A DNA stretch of 32,000 nt from Candidatus Nanoarchaeia archaeon. Its GTDB lineage: Archaea; Nanobdellota; Nanobdellia; Woesearchaeales; JANQNC01. Positions within the stretch are counted from its first letter, which is position 1. Every line of letters starts with the position of its first letter. The notes beneath the pieces are model-generated. The model had not been told where the DNA came from. It searched no databases and saw only the letters and a list, made by a program, of their open reading frames with translations. The position numbers and the translations under genes were made by a program. The DNA lies in contig JANQNC010000001.1 in assembly GCA_028279745.1 (NCBI GenBank), forward strand, positions 1,230,001 to 1,262,000, given 5' to 3'. Positions 7,976 through 15,155 of this stretch are shown here, in pieces.

Positions 7976-8287
7976 CTACCATCCGCCGTCGATTTCAGCA
8001 CCCAAAATTTTTATTTTTTCAATTCTTTTAGGTTTATCTTTTGAAAATACTGTGCCAGAGTTTGCTGTGCCATAAATTGTACCAACTAAAGAGCCAAGTC
8101 CATCAAGATTTTCCTTCAAATCGATATTTGCTATAGTTTCTATTGTCTTAATCACAGAGTTACTAAGATAAGGGATGTGTTCAATAACTTCGCCTGTAAA
8201 TTTACCTAAGTAATGACCTGCAACTGCACCTACTAGGGTCATGCCAGCAGTTAATGCTAAATTTTTTGCTTTTGTTTTATAGTTCAT
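7976..8287 (-). CDS. small Gly-rich membrane-associated protein (103 aa)
   Basis: One hydrophobic, glycine-zipper-like segment LALTAGMTLVGAVAGHYLG. Strong SD GGAGGT 5 nt upstream. First gene of the operon, with a TATA box at 8327-8334. Confidence 0.55.
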   Translation of the reverse strand: MNYKTKAKNLALTAGMTLVGAVAGHYLGKFTGEVIEHIPYLSNSVIKTIETIANIDLKENLDGLGSLVGTIYGTANSGTVFSKDKPKRIEKIKILGAEIDGGW

Positions 8288-8326
8288 TTTAACCTCCTTT
8301 TTTTTTTAATGGGTAATGGGTGCAAG

Positions 8327-8334
8327 TATATAAA
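8327..8334 (-). promoter_or_regulatory. TATA box for the 8287->6019 operon
   Basis: Minus-strand TTTATATA, 39 nt upstream of the ATG at 8287. The leader contains an A10 run and GGAGGT. Confidence 0.55.
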
Positions 8335-8380
8335 TCTTTGCATTATTTACCCCTATTAAGTGACAACAAACAGCTTAGAA

Positions 8381-8421
8381 TGGTCAAATTTAATGGTTTG
8401 AGGTGGTCGAATTTGGGGTTT
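8381..8421. repeat. two imperfect ~19-bp direct repeats upstream of the 8287 operon promoter
   Basis: tggtcaaatttaatggttt (8381-8399) and tggtcgaatttggggttt (8404-8421), starts 23 bp apart. On the minus strand they lie about 50-90 nt upstream of the TATA box at 8327-8334. Confidence 0.5.
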
Positions 8422-9010
8422 ACGGGGTGTCTAGACGCCCTTTGATGAGTTTCATAGAACTGTCCCACATGTGTTGGGTGTATGGGCAACAGAAGGGTCT
8501 GTTGGTTAATTTCTCATCTTTTGACCAAAAGTCGTAAAAGAATTTAGGATTCATGCCCATGGAATCTGCTGCAGCTTTGAATGTGTCAATGCTTGTGCTA
8601 ACCCAAAGAAAATCTAGGTCATTGAAGACTGCCATCTCCTTACATTCTTTGAAAGGTGTATTGTCTCCTAGTAACCAGTTGTCATGTACTGCAATATAAT
8701 TGACTATCTGTTTAGATTTTTCTTTGTCATAGTTAACTTTTTTTAAGATATCTTTAGCAATGTATGAACCTTCCCGCATATGAAACACTTTTATGTCTTT
8801 ACCTTTGATGTGAGGATTCTTTTCTTTAACTTTGGAGTAACCAACATCGTGAAGAATAACTATGGGCAAAAGAAGTTTTTTATCAAGAGATTCTATATCT
8901 GCGATTTTGTTGGATTCTTTTTGCATCCACTCAATATGGGGGATGTCAAATATTCTTCCTTTTTCATAATATGGCTTTGCCAGCTCCCATATCTTGTCGT
9001 AGGTTGTCAT
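8420..9010 (-). CDS. HD-domain metal-dependent phosphohydrolase
   Basis: PHIEW...LLLPIVILHDVGY...IAVHDNW gives the H...HD...H(D) pattern of the HD superfamily. Confidence 0.8.
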   Translation of the reverse strand: MTTYDKIWELAKPYYEKGRIFDIPHIEWMQKESNKIADIESLDKKLLLPIVILHDVGYSKVKEKNPHIKGKDIKVFHMREGSYIAKDILKKVNYDKEKSKQIVNYIAVHDNWLLGDNTPFKECKEMAVFNDLDFLWVSTSIDTFKAAADSMGMNPKFFYDFWSKDEKLTNRPFCCPYTQHMWDSSMKLIKGRLDTP

Positions 9011-9557
9011 TTTCAGTTTTTTTTATTATTATGCTTAGGTTATCATATGTTTCGGAGTGAAGGTGTTTAACCATCCCTTTAAATTCTGGTGAGTCAATAG
9101 TTCTAAGGTATAACTTAGCTCGTTCATAATCTCTTCTTAGTCTTGATTCTATAGGACCAAAGTCTTTCTCGAACTGACTTGAATAATGATGATAAGGTGT
9201 GTCCTCGTCATTAAAAGCAGAACCTCTCTTTCCAGGACTCCATAGGTCAATCTTGTGAACATTTGGGTAGTTGAATATCGTGTCATATGCAGCTTTTCTT
9301 AAGAAAGATTCAACAAGGTTGTCTAGTTCAAACTTTGCGCCAATGAAAAGATACACATCTTCATCTTTAGGAAACACAACAATGTCTCCTTGTGGAAGAG
9401 TGCCGCCTTCCCTGAAGCTTAAACCATTTCCTTTATCAAACTCTCTGTACTGTGGTTCTCTGATAACGATATCATAACCTAAAGAAGGTTTGGTTATGAA
9501 ACTATTGAAATCCTTAATTGCTTCTAAAAATTGTTCATCTGTTATGAAGTCTGTCAT
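8964..9557 (-). CDS. hypothetical protein (197 aa)
   Basis: Long ORF in the operon. Its 3' end overlaps the HD gene start by 47 nt in another frame. No family recognised. Confidence 0.55.
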   Translation of the reverse strand: MTDFITDEQFLEAIKDFNSFITKPSLGYDIVIREPQYREFDKGNGLSFREGGTLPQGDIVVFPKDEDVYLFIGAKFELDNLVESFLRKAAYDTIFNYPNVHKIDLWSPGKRGSAFNDEDTPYHHYSSQFEKDFGPIESRLRRDYERAKLYLRTIDSPEFKGMVKHLHSETYDNLSIIIKKTENDNLRQDMGAGKAIL

Positions 9558-9561
9558 TTTT

Positions 9562-10002
9562 TTAAATCTTCCTTATGCTTTCTGCAAAGTCAAGCAGTAC
9601 TTTTTCATAAGTCTTGTCTGGATCGTATCTGTTGTTGAATGTAAGGTATCCTTCTGCATCGCTGTTGATAATTATTGTTAAGTCAATCGCATACTCAGGC
9701 ACATTCTTTTTTAGAATTTCTTCAATCTGTTCAGGTAAATTTGATTCGCCCATGCTGTTGTGTTCATTTCTTCCATTAGGTATTAGATGTTGAGAAAGAT
9801 CTGTCGCTTCGTGGATTGTAACTCCTAAGTCTGTAGGGATATTAGATTGTTTGGACTTGTCATAAAAATCAATAGAAGCATAGATCAATGCACTTGAAGA
9901 AACATCTTTAGATCTGCCATCATCAGAAAATATTTTAGTAACTGGAAAGACTTCTGATCTTATGATTCTTCTATCGAATTGGTTGACTAGTTCGTGTTTC
10001 AT
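9562..10002 (-). CDS. hypothetical protein (146 aa from ATG)
   Basis: The start is trimmed to the ATG at 10002, 1 nt after the TAA of the upstream gene. The longer track start would overlap that gene by 38 nt. Confidence 0.55.
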   Translation of the reverse strand: MKHELVNQFDRRIIRSEVFPVTKIFSDDGRSKDVSSSALIYASIDFYDKSKQSNIPTDLGVTIHEATDLSQHLIPNGRNEHNSMGESNLPEQIEEILKKNVPEYAIDLTIIINSDAEGYLTFNNRYDPDKTYEKVLLDFAESIRKI

Positions 10003-10003
10003 T

Positions 10004-10456
10004 TTAATGCGATGCGTGATAAAACAACTGGATCTGTTCAACTATTCCTGAGTTGGGTTGTACAGAAATATTTTTTATTGTAAGTTCTAGTGGTTCTTCT
10101 TTGGTGCTTGTCAGATCTTTACATTCATAAAGATGTAATGCAAGGCTTGCATTAAATGATTTTGTGTTGAAGGGTAATCTTTTATTGAGATATTTTGCAA
10201 ACTTAAACTGAGGGGCTTCAGGGTTAAGTGTTTCTTTTTCAAATAAGGCTCTTAAGCTTTCATCTTTAAGTTTTGAAGCATTAACTTTACCGCTTTTTGC
10301 AATCTGATCATAGAAGTCATGAACATTGCCTGTTAAAGGTAGAACGGGTGGTTCAGTTATTAACAGATTATGGTTGTGGGGATATACAGAATAAGTGGCA
10401 AGCTTATACTTTTGATTTTCGATACTGAATTTCAGACTGTGTAATATTGTAGCCAT
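10004..10456 (-). CDS. hypothetical protein (150 aa), first gene of a leaderless operon
   Basis: The ATG lies 25 nt downstream of a TATA box (10482-10489) with no SD. No family recognised. Confidence 0.55.
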   Translation of the reverse strand: MATILHSLKFSIENQKYKLATYSVYPHNHNLLITEPPVLPLTGNVHDFYDQIAKSGKVNASKLKDESLRALFEKETLNPEAPQFKFAKYLNKRLPFNTKSFNASLALHLYECKDLTSTKEEPLELTIKNISVQPNSGIVEQIQLFYHASH

Positions 10457-10481
10457 TGTAGTAAGAGTTATTGGAGAAGAG

Positions 10482-10489
10482 TATATAAA
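10482..10489 (-). promoter_or_regulatory. TATA box for the 10456->8420 operon
   Basis: Minus-strand TTTATATA, 25 nt upstream of the ATG at 10456. Confidence 0.55.
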
Positions 10490-10521
10490 TGTTTCTGTGG
10501 TTTTACTACTTCGGAGTGGGT

Positions 10522-11043
10522 TTAATTCAAACTATATTTTACAGGAACTACTTTTCCTTTGTGTTCTCCAAATGTTGCTTTTAGTGGAACGCCTCTTAAT
10601 TCGCTAAGCAAATAAGGTATGAAAACACCTGCTAGTTTTTCAGCAGTATGTACCATGTATTCAGAGTTCTTAATATTTTCAGGATTTTCAGTCCACCAAA
10701 TTCCACAACCGCCTTCAATCTTTCTTAACTCTGTTTCTAACTTATTAAGAAGATATTTTGCATGATTGATGCTTTGACTGTTTTTTATCTGGTTATGATA
10801 ATCTCGTTTTAGATGTCTTTTGATATCTTTTTCTATGCTAATATCACATCTTGCTTGTTCATAATCTGCTCCATTGTATAATGGAAGGATTACTTTTGAA
10901 TCGCTTCTAAATACGTCTGGTGCCATTAAGGATCTGTTATCAAGATATTGTATAAATTCATTATTAGAGTTTACTCTTGGTATAGATATTGCAGGCACGG
11001 GTTTAATTCCTTTTTCTTTTAGTTGTTGTAGTATTACTGACAT
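10522..11043 (-). CDS. hypothetical protein (173 aa)
   Basis: SD GAGGAA upstream. The start follows the preceding gene by 3 nt. No family recognised. Confidence 0.55.
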   Translation of the reverse strand: MSVILQQLKEKGIKPVPAISIPRVNSNNEFIQYLDNRSLMAPDVFRSDSKVILPLYNGADYEQARCDISIEKDIKRHLKRDYHNQIKNSQSINHAKYLLNKLETELRKIEGGCGIWWTENPENIKNSEYMVHTAEKLAGVFIPYLLSELRGVPLKATFGEHKGKVVPVKYSLN

Positions 11044-11046
11044 TTT

Positions 11047-11769
11047 TTAGTTCCTCATAATTATCATCGTTTTGAAAGGATCTTCACCAAATGATGCCAA
11101 TGGGTTGTAACCCATACTTTGAATTGATTCTCCATCCACATCAGATGCAATAATTGTCTCAAAATGATCGCTTTTTACTAAAGCTTCTATGTTCTTGAAT
11201 GAGTTGTCAGTTATTGCAACAGTTATAGGTGTTTTCATGATCTTTTCATAGGTAGAGATATTGTCTAAAACTTCTTTCACATCTCCTTCCTGCATGTAGA
11301 TCTGTTTTTCCATTCCATTTATCTCTCTGTTTTGTTTCATGCCGTAACTTATATTTTCATCTACTGCTAAAACTTTAGCTCCAAGATGAGCTGCAGCGAT
11401 AGAATGCTCTCCCAATCTACAATCCGCATCAAGAACCGCTTTTCCTTTCAAGTCTAAATTTTGTAATGCAAGAATACCATATGACGCGTCAGGATCATTA
11501 AAGAACTTCACTGCTTCTTCTCCATACAAAGGGTCGCCTAACCCATAAAAATGAATAAAGTCTATTTGTCCATTTTTGATTTCCGCTGGGAGGTCGCTTC
11601 TTCTTTCGATAGGTCTTACGGGGTATTCTTCAAGACATGCATTAGCAGCATAACCTGGAACATCTTCCCTTGCAGGTATGAATAGTTGTGATCCTACAAG
11701 AAGATGATCAAAACTGTGGTTTTCTAAAAGTTTTAGTAATTCTTCTCTAATTTTGATAGTTGATTCCAT
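11047..11769 (-). CDS. PrmA-like Rossmann methyltransferase fold with degenerate glycine loop
   Basis: KAVLDADCRLGEHSIAAAHLGAKVLAVDEN aligns, from memory, with the PrmA-type motif VLDVGCGSGILSIAAAKLGAK.V.A.D.D. Two of the three loop glycines are replaced (D and R). SD GGAGGA. TATA box at 11808-11815. Confidence 0.55.
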   Translation of the reverse strand: MESTIKIREELLKLLENHSFDHLLVGSQLFIPAREDVPGYAANACLEEYPVRPIERRSDLPAEIKNGQIDFIHFYGLGDPLYGEEAVKFFNDPDASYGILALQNLDLKGKAVLDADCRLGEHSIAAAHLGAKVLAVDENISYGMKQNREINGMEKQIYMQEGDVKEVLDNISTYEKIMKTPITVAITDNSFKNIEALVKSDHFETIIASDVDGESIQSMGYNPLASFGEDPFKTMIIMRN

Positions 11770-11807
11770 TTTATTCCTCCTCTATTTTTGATAGAATTGC
11801 CATTTTA

Positions 11808-11815
11808 TATATAAA
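11808..11815 (-). promoter_or_regulatory. TATA box for the 11769->10522 operon
   Basis: Minus-strand TTTATATA, 38 nt upstream of the ATG at 11769. The leader carries GGAGGA. Confidence 0.5.
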
Positions 11816-11825
11816 TCTGATGAAA

Positions 11826-12101
11826 TCATTTAAAACCTATTCTTTTTAAAAAATAATCTTCAGATGATAAAGCTTCAAGTTTAAGTTTTTGAGTCTTAGC
11901 TAATTTTTTTACTTCTTTAGCTATGTTGGTTTTCTTCTGGTTTTTGCTTATTTCAAAAGATGCAATCTTATCAGTAAGCTTATCAAACTTGTAACTGTCA
12001 TCCACTTCTTTTATTTGAGCCAGGTAAGGTTTGATAACTTTAGACCTAACTTGATTATGTTTGTATTGCTCGGTGCAGTATAGGATCTTTAGAGTTGTCA
12101 T
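11826..12101 (-). CDS. small cytoplasmic protein (91 aa), paralog of 17615-17908 (C-terminal SEDYFLK motif)
   Basis: ATGA overlap with the upstream gene. Shares I.ILY....H, KPYL, FEISK and KLKLEALSSEDYFLKRI with the 97-aa protein at 17615-17908. Confidence 0.6.
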   Translation of the reverse strand: MTTLKILYCTEQYKHNQVRSKVIKPYLAQIKEVDDSYKFDKLTDKIASFEISKNQKKTNIAKEVKKLAKTQKLKLEALSSEDYFLKRIGFK

Positions 12102-13519
12102 TTTTTCCTCTTGTATCTGTCTTCATCAGTTACTTTTTTCTTTTTACTCTCAATCATTCTTCCGTAGAGAGTCAAACCTATGTAAGGTTCATAGTTTTTA
12201 TTCTCATCAATCTTAACTCCTGCTTTAAGGATTCCTGTGCGTTTGCTAGCTGTTATGTTTGGGATGTATTCAATTACTTTTCCTCTTGACATAACTACAT
12301 CAAGACCTGCTCCGATATGCTGATTTCTGAATATGGATGTGTGAGGAAATATTTCTGCACCAACTAAAGCATCATCTCCCTTTTTGAAAGCATGAATAGA
12401 ATAAGCTTGGTTTCCTGAAGTGTATCTTAACATTGCACCAGGCAATACAAAGTTTCTTATCGCAAAAAACAATCTTAGATCATCATTAAGCTTGAAACCA
12501 TTAGTTGCAGTAAAAGCTGCTTTGAACTCTTTATTATCAGAACCTAGTTTTAACCTTAAGCCACTATACTTAAGTGCTAGGTGAGTGAAGTTTCTATCAT
12601 AGTATTCTCCAAATCCTGTTTCGTATCCTAATCCGAGAGGGATTTTTACAAAAGGTATTCTTAATTTTTTAGTATTAGGGTATACTGCTCCTCCCATAAT
12701 GAAACCTGTTTTATCCGGAATGATGTTGACATCCAGAGAAAGCTTTTCCCATGATATATCAAATAGATAACAAGCCATATCATCTTGAGATCCAAATAAA
12801 AGATTTATTGAAGTATTGTTTTTCTTCTTCTTTGGAGGTTTTGCGAACTTTGCAGATTTTGGTTTATCGTTACGATGGGTAAAAATAAGAAGTTCATAAG
12901 AAAGCATTACGTGGTTGAATTTAGAGTATGTGAGCCAGTCAACATTAAGTTTTCGATCTATAATTCCAAACGAATATCCAATCTTAAATCGGTGTTCAAG
13001 TCTAACTGTCGGCTTATTAAATTCATCATGTTTTTTTGAACGATCTGTTTCAGCCACTAAATATACAGAAAGAAGTTTAGCGTCTTCTTTATTGTTTTTT
13101 TTGATTGTTTTTGATTCTAATTTGTCTCCTGTGTTTAGATCAAAACTTTCTATTTTTTGAGAGTGAGTTAGATCAATATGGCTTATAACGCCTTCAATCC
13201 CAAACCCTTTTTTTGAAAATTTGTTATTCTTTCCGCTGATAAAAGGGAACCAATCAACATTTAAACCTACCATGTAGTCTTTTCCATCTATTCCATAAGA
13301 GACTTTGCTGATCAAGTCAGAACCTGCTTTTGCACCTATGCCTATCTTACCCATGTCAAGATTAAGAGATGAGGTTATAGGCATAAAATTAGCTTTTGTT
13401 TCACCATTGTGGTAAACACCTACACCTAAACCAAAATCCTTCTTTTGCTCTTTTGCAAAAAGACTGCCAACAAGAAGTCCTAAACTTATTGCAGCAGCTT
13501 TGATTAAACTCATTTTCAT
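12098..13519 (-). CDS. secreted all-beta protein (473 aa) with outer-membrane beta-barrel-like sequence texture
   Basis: Signal peptide MKMSLIKAAAISLGLLVGSLFA. There are many 8-12-residue strands of alternating polarity with Gly/Asn/Asp turns and aromatic residues: FGLGVGVYHNGE, KIGIGAKAGSD, YMVGLNVDWFPF, HLALKYSGLRLKLGSD, FKAAFTATNGFKL, LRLFFAIRNF, AYSIHAFKKGD, HIGAGLDVVMS, YIGLTLYGRM. A Lys-rich linker sits mid-protein. The start is set at the ATG at 13519, which forms an ATGA overlap with the upstream stop. Confidence 0.6.
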   Translation of the reverse strand: MKMSLIKAAAISLGLLVGSLFAKEQKKDFGLGVGVYHNGETKANFMPITSSLNLDMGKIGIGAKAGSDLISKVSYGIDGKDYMVGLNVDWFPFISGKNNKFSKKGFGIEGVISHIDLTHSQKIESFDLNTGDKLESKTIKKNNKEDAKLLSVYLVAETDRSKKHDEFNKPTVRLEHRFKIGYSFGIIDRKLNVDWLTYSKFNHVMLSYELLIFTHRNDKPKSAKFAKPPKKKKNNTSINLLFGSQDDMACYLFDISWEKLSLDVNIIPDKTGFIMGGAVYPNTKKLRIPFVKIPLGLGYETGFGEYYDRNFTHLALKYSGLRLKLGSDNKEFKAAFTATNGFKLNDDLRLFFAIRNFVLPGAMLRYTSGNQAYSIHAFKKGDDALVGAEIFPHTSIFRNQHIGAGLDVVMSRGKVIEYIPNITASKRTGILKAGVKIDENKNYEPYIGLTLYGRMIESKKKKVTDEDRYKRKK

Positions 13520-13836
13520 AACCAATCTTTGACTTGCATATACTGCTTAAGAATTTCCAACACTTGATCTCTTCTGTAAAGCTCAGGTGTTCTGAAACGA
13601 TCAGAGGTGTTTGGAGGTATAGTGTTAATCTCAATCATGTATTGGTTTTTTACTATCCTGTAATCTAACGATAGAGTGGGAGCATTGTCTTTAGCTTTTC
13701 TCTCAAATCTAGCGTGTTTTTTGTGTTGTTGGTATAGTGGTTTATCTGTTTTGTTCTCAAAACCTAATTCTTTCAGTCCTAAGTGTAGAAGATTTCTATC
13801 TTCCAACCTTTTTGCTTTTTGTATTATTTTTTTCAT
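13516..13836 (-). CDS. small protein (106 aa) whose C-terminal half resembles the C-terminal Mg-ATP strand region of ATP-grasp enzymes
   Basis: LSLDYRIVKNQYMIEINTIPPNTSDRFRTPEL compared, from memory, with Ddl/RimK-type RIDV....G.FYLLE.NT.PGMT..S..P. The protein is far too short for a complete ATP-grasp fold. SD-like AGGGGA upstream. Confidence 0.4.
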   Translation of the reverse strand: MKKIIQKAKRLEDRNLLHLGLKELGFENKTDKPLYQQHKKHARFERKAKDNAPTLSLDYRIVKNQYMIEINTIPPNTSDRFRTPELYRRDQVLEILKQYMQVKDWL

Positions 13837-13851
13837 TTTTTAGTGTCCCCT

Positions 13852-14481
13852 TTAGTTTAGTAGAGAGTCCAGGTTTTGTGTTCTATCCGTAAGGTTTGCT
13901 TTATATGCTAATTTTAACAGTCCTGGTGCTTTTTTTCTAATGTCTTGTTTTATTGCTGCGTATTTGTTTTCTGCAAACTCCCAGACATTTCTAGATTCTT
14001 CGCTTTCCCTTCTGTTGCGGTAAATAAAATTGTTTAACCGTACGCAATCTACGGTGTTTCTCCAGACTTCGCATTTAATTTTTGTTCCTTCTTTAGTTTC
14101 TATGTTCATATCCATCCATCTATGGTGGTTTAAGTATACTATGTCTCCTGAAATTCTTTTGAAATCAAAATTGTCTCTTTCAACAGCTAAAGTATATTTT
14201 GTTCCGTCATCTAACTCTCCTGAGATCTGTAGGTCTATTTCATATTCCCCTTTTGCATTTGCTCGATCTTTTCTCTCAACAACCTTTATGTCAAGTTCAT
14301 TAGTGTTGTTGGCAAATTGTTCAATTTCTGTTATGTATTCATTTACTGGAATGTTTTTAGTTGTGATGGGTAAACTAAATGCAAGCTCTTCTAAAAATGG
14401 TTTGGGATTACAGTTTTTAACTCCGAATGATGCAGCTGCTGCTAACCAAACTGCAATTAGTAGGGATTTTTTTGCATTCAT
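13852..14481 (-). CDS. secreted protein, conserved-signal-peptide family member 3 (209 aa)
   Basis: The start is trimmed to MNAKKSLLIAVWLAAAASFGVKNC (ATG at 14481, 2 nt after the upstream stop, SD GAGG). Shares EYI....F...EL.IK with the neighbouring paralog. Confidence 0.7.
   Translation of the reverse strand: MNAKKSLLIAVWLAAAASFGVKNCNPKPFLEELAFSLPITTKNIPVNEYITEIEQFANNTNELDIKVVERKDRANAKGEYEIDLQISGELDDGTKYTLAVERDNFDFKRISGDIVYLNHHRWMDMNIETKEGTKIKCEVWRNTVDCVRLNNFIYRNRRESEESRNVWEFAENKYAAIKQDIRKKAPGLLKLAYKANLTDRTQNLDSLLN
14416..14481 (-). repeat. conserved signal-peptide cassette, copy 3
   Basis: tttaactccgaatgatgcagctgctgctaaccaaactgcaattagtagggattttttt... The ~50-nt core differs from the copies at 15088-15155 and 15644-15709 at only a few positions, whereas the rest of the genes is diverged. 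Confidence 0.85.
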
Positions 14482-14483
14482 TT

Positions 14484-15155
14484 TTAGTGCCTCTGTATTC
14501 CTGTGATATTTGCGAAAACCATCTTTTCTATGTCGGGATATTGTACCCCTAACCATTTCCTAAATCTGCTCAGTTCTCTACCTCCAATATCTATAATTTC
14601 TTTATGTTCTTCAGTTTTGTAGTCTATTGGGAGTTTGTATTCAATGTTGTTTATCACTGCATCTGTGACTGCGTAATCAGAGCGGTGCTGAAGGTAAGAA
14701 TAGCTTGTGTTACGAGATAAGACGTCTAAACAAAGCGTATGACTTTTGTGGTATAAAGAGTAATCTAGTAGAAGATTGTACTCAGTTTTCAGTAGATTGA
14801 TATTGTTAATTCTCACTTTAGACCTCCCAAAGGTGCCAGGTTTGTATTCTGTTTTAATATTTAGTTCTGGATATTGTGCTTTGAAACTATCAAAAGCAGA
14901 AATGTATTCAAGCAATCTAACATTTTTGTAATCCAGCTTTTTTAAGTTTACTTTAGGAAGTTTAGGTTTTTTCTTTGCTTTAGGAACTTCTTTAACTTTC
15001 TTTTCAAGCTTCTCTCTTCTTTCTAACTCTTCACTGAACGCTTCATGAAGAATCTTTTTTGTTTCATCAATGGGGGGTGCACATTGTTTAACTCCGAATG
15101 ATGCAGCTGCTGCTAGCCAGACTGCGATTAGTAGTGATTTTTTTGCTATGCTCAT
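14484..15155 (-). CDS. secreted protein, conserved-signal-peptide family member 2 (223 aa)
   Basis: MSIAKKSLLIAVWLAAAASFGVKQC. ATGA overlap with the upstream gene. GGAGG upstream. Confidence 0.7.
   Translation of the reverse strand: MSIAKKSLLIAVWLAAAASFGVKQCAPPIDETKKILHEAFSEELERREKLEKKVKEVPKAKKKPKLPKVNLKKLDYKNVRLLEYISAFDSFKAQYPELNIKTEYKPGTFGRSKVRINNINLLKTEYNLLLDYSLYHKSHTLCLDVLSRNTSYSYLQHRSDYAVTDAVINNIEYKLPIDYKTEEHKEIIDIGGRELSRFRKWLGVQYPDIEKMVFANITGIQRH
15088..15155 (-). repeat. conserved signal-peptide cassette, copy 2
   Basis: tttaactccgaatgatgcagctgctgctagccagactgcgattagtagtgattttttt... Confidence 0.85.

Noticed and set aside
13401-13634. 77-aa minus-strand ORF straddling the junction of two genes
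   Set aside because: It is out of frame with both well-supported genes (13516-13836 and 12098-13519) and overlaps each of them, and it has no start signals.
14030-14506. 158-aa plus-strand ORF, plus similar antisense ORFs (286-480, 1496-1693, 4277-4489, 6080-6274, 8780-9070, 9271-9477, 9490-9681, 12095-12289, 12915-13160, 16542-16820, 17071-17256, 17434-17679, 21300-21644, 21712-22152, 23736-23954, 24253-24456, 24904-25278, 25247-25453, 27168-27506, 27325-27609, 28237-28587, 28957-29340, 30261-30443, 30558-30767, 30758-31093)
   Set aside because: These are shadow ORFs lying fully inside, and antisense to, longer ORFs that have motifs, SDs or operon logic. Their translations are Leu/Ser/Phe-rich and low in complexity, and they lack promoter or SD signals.
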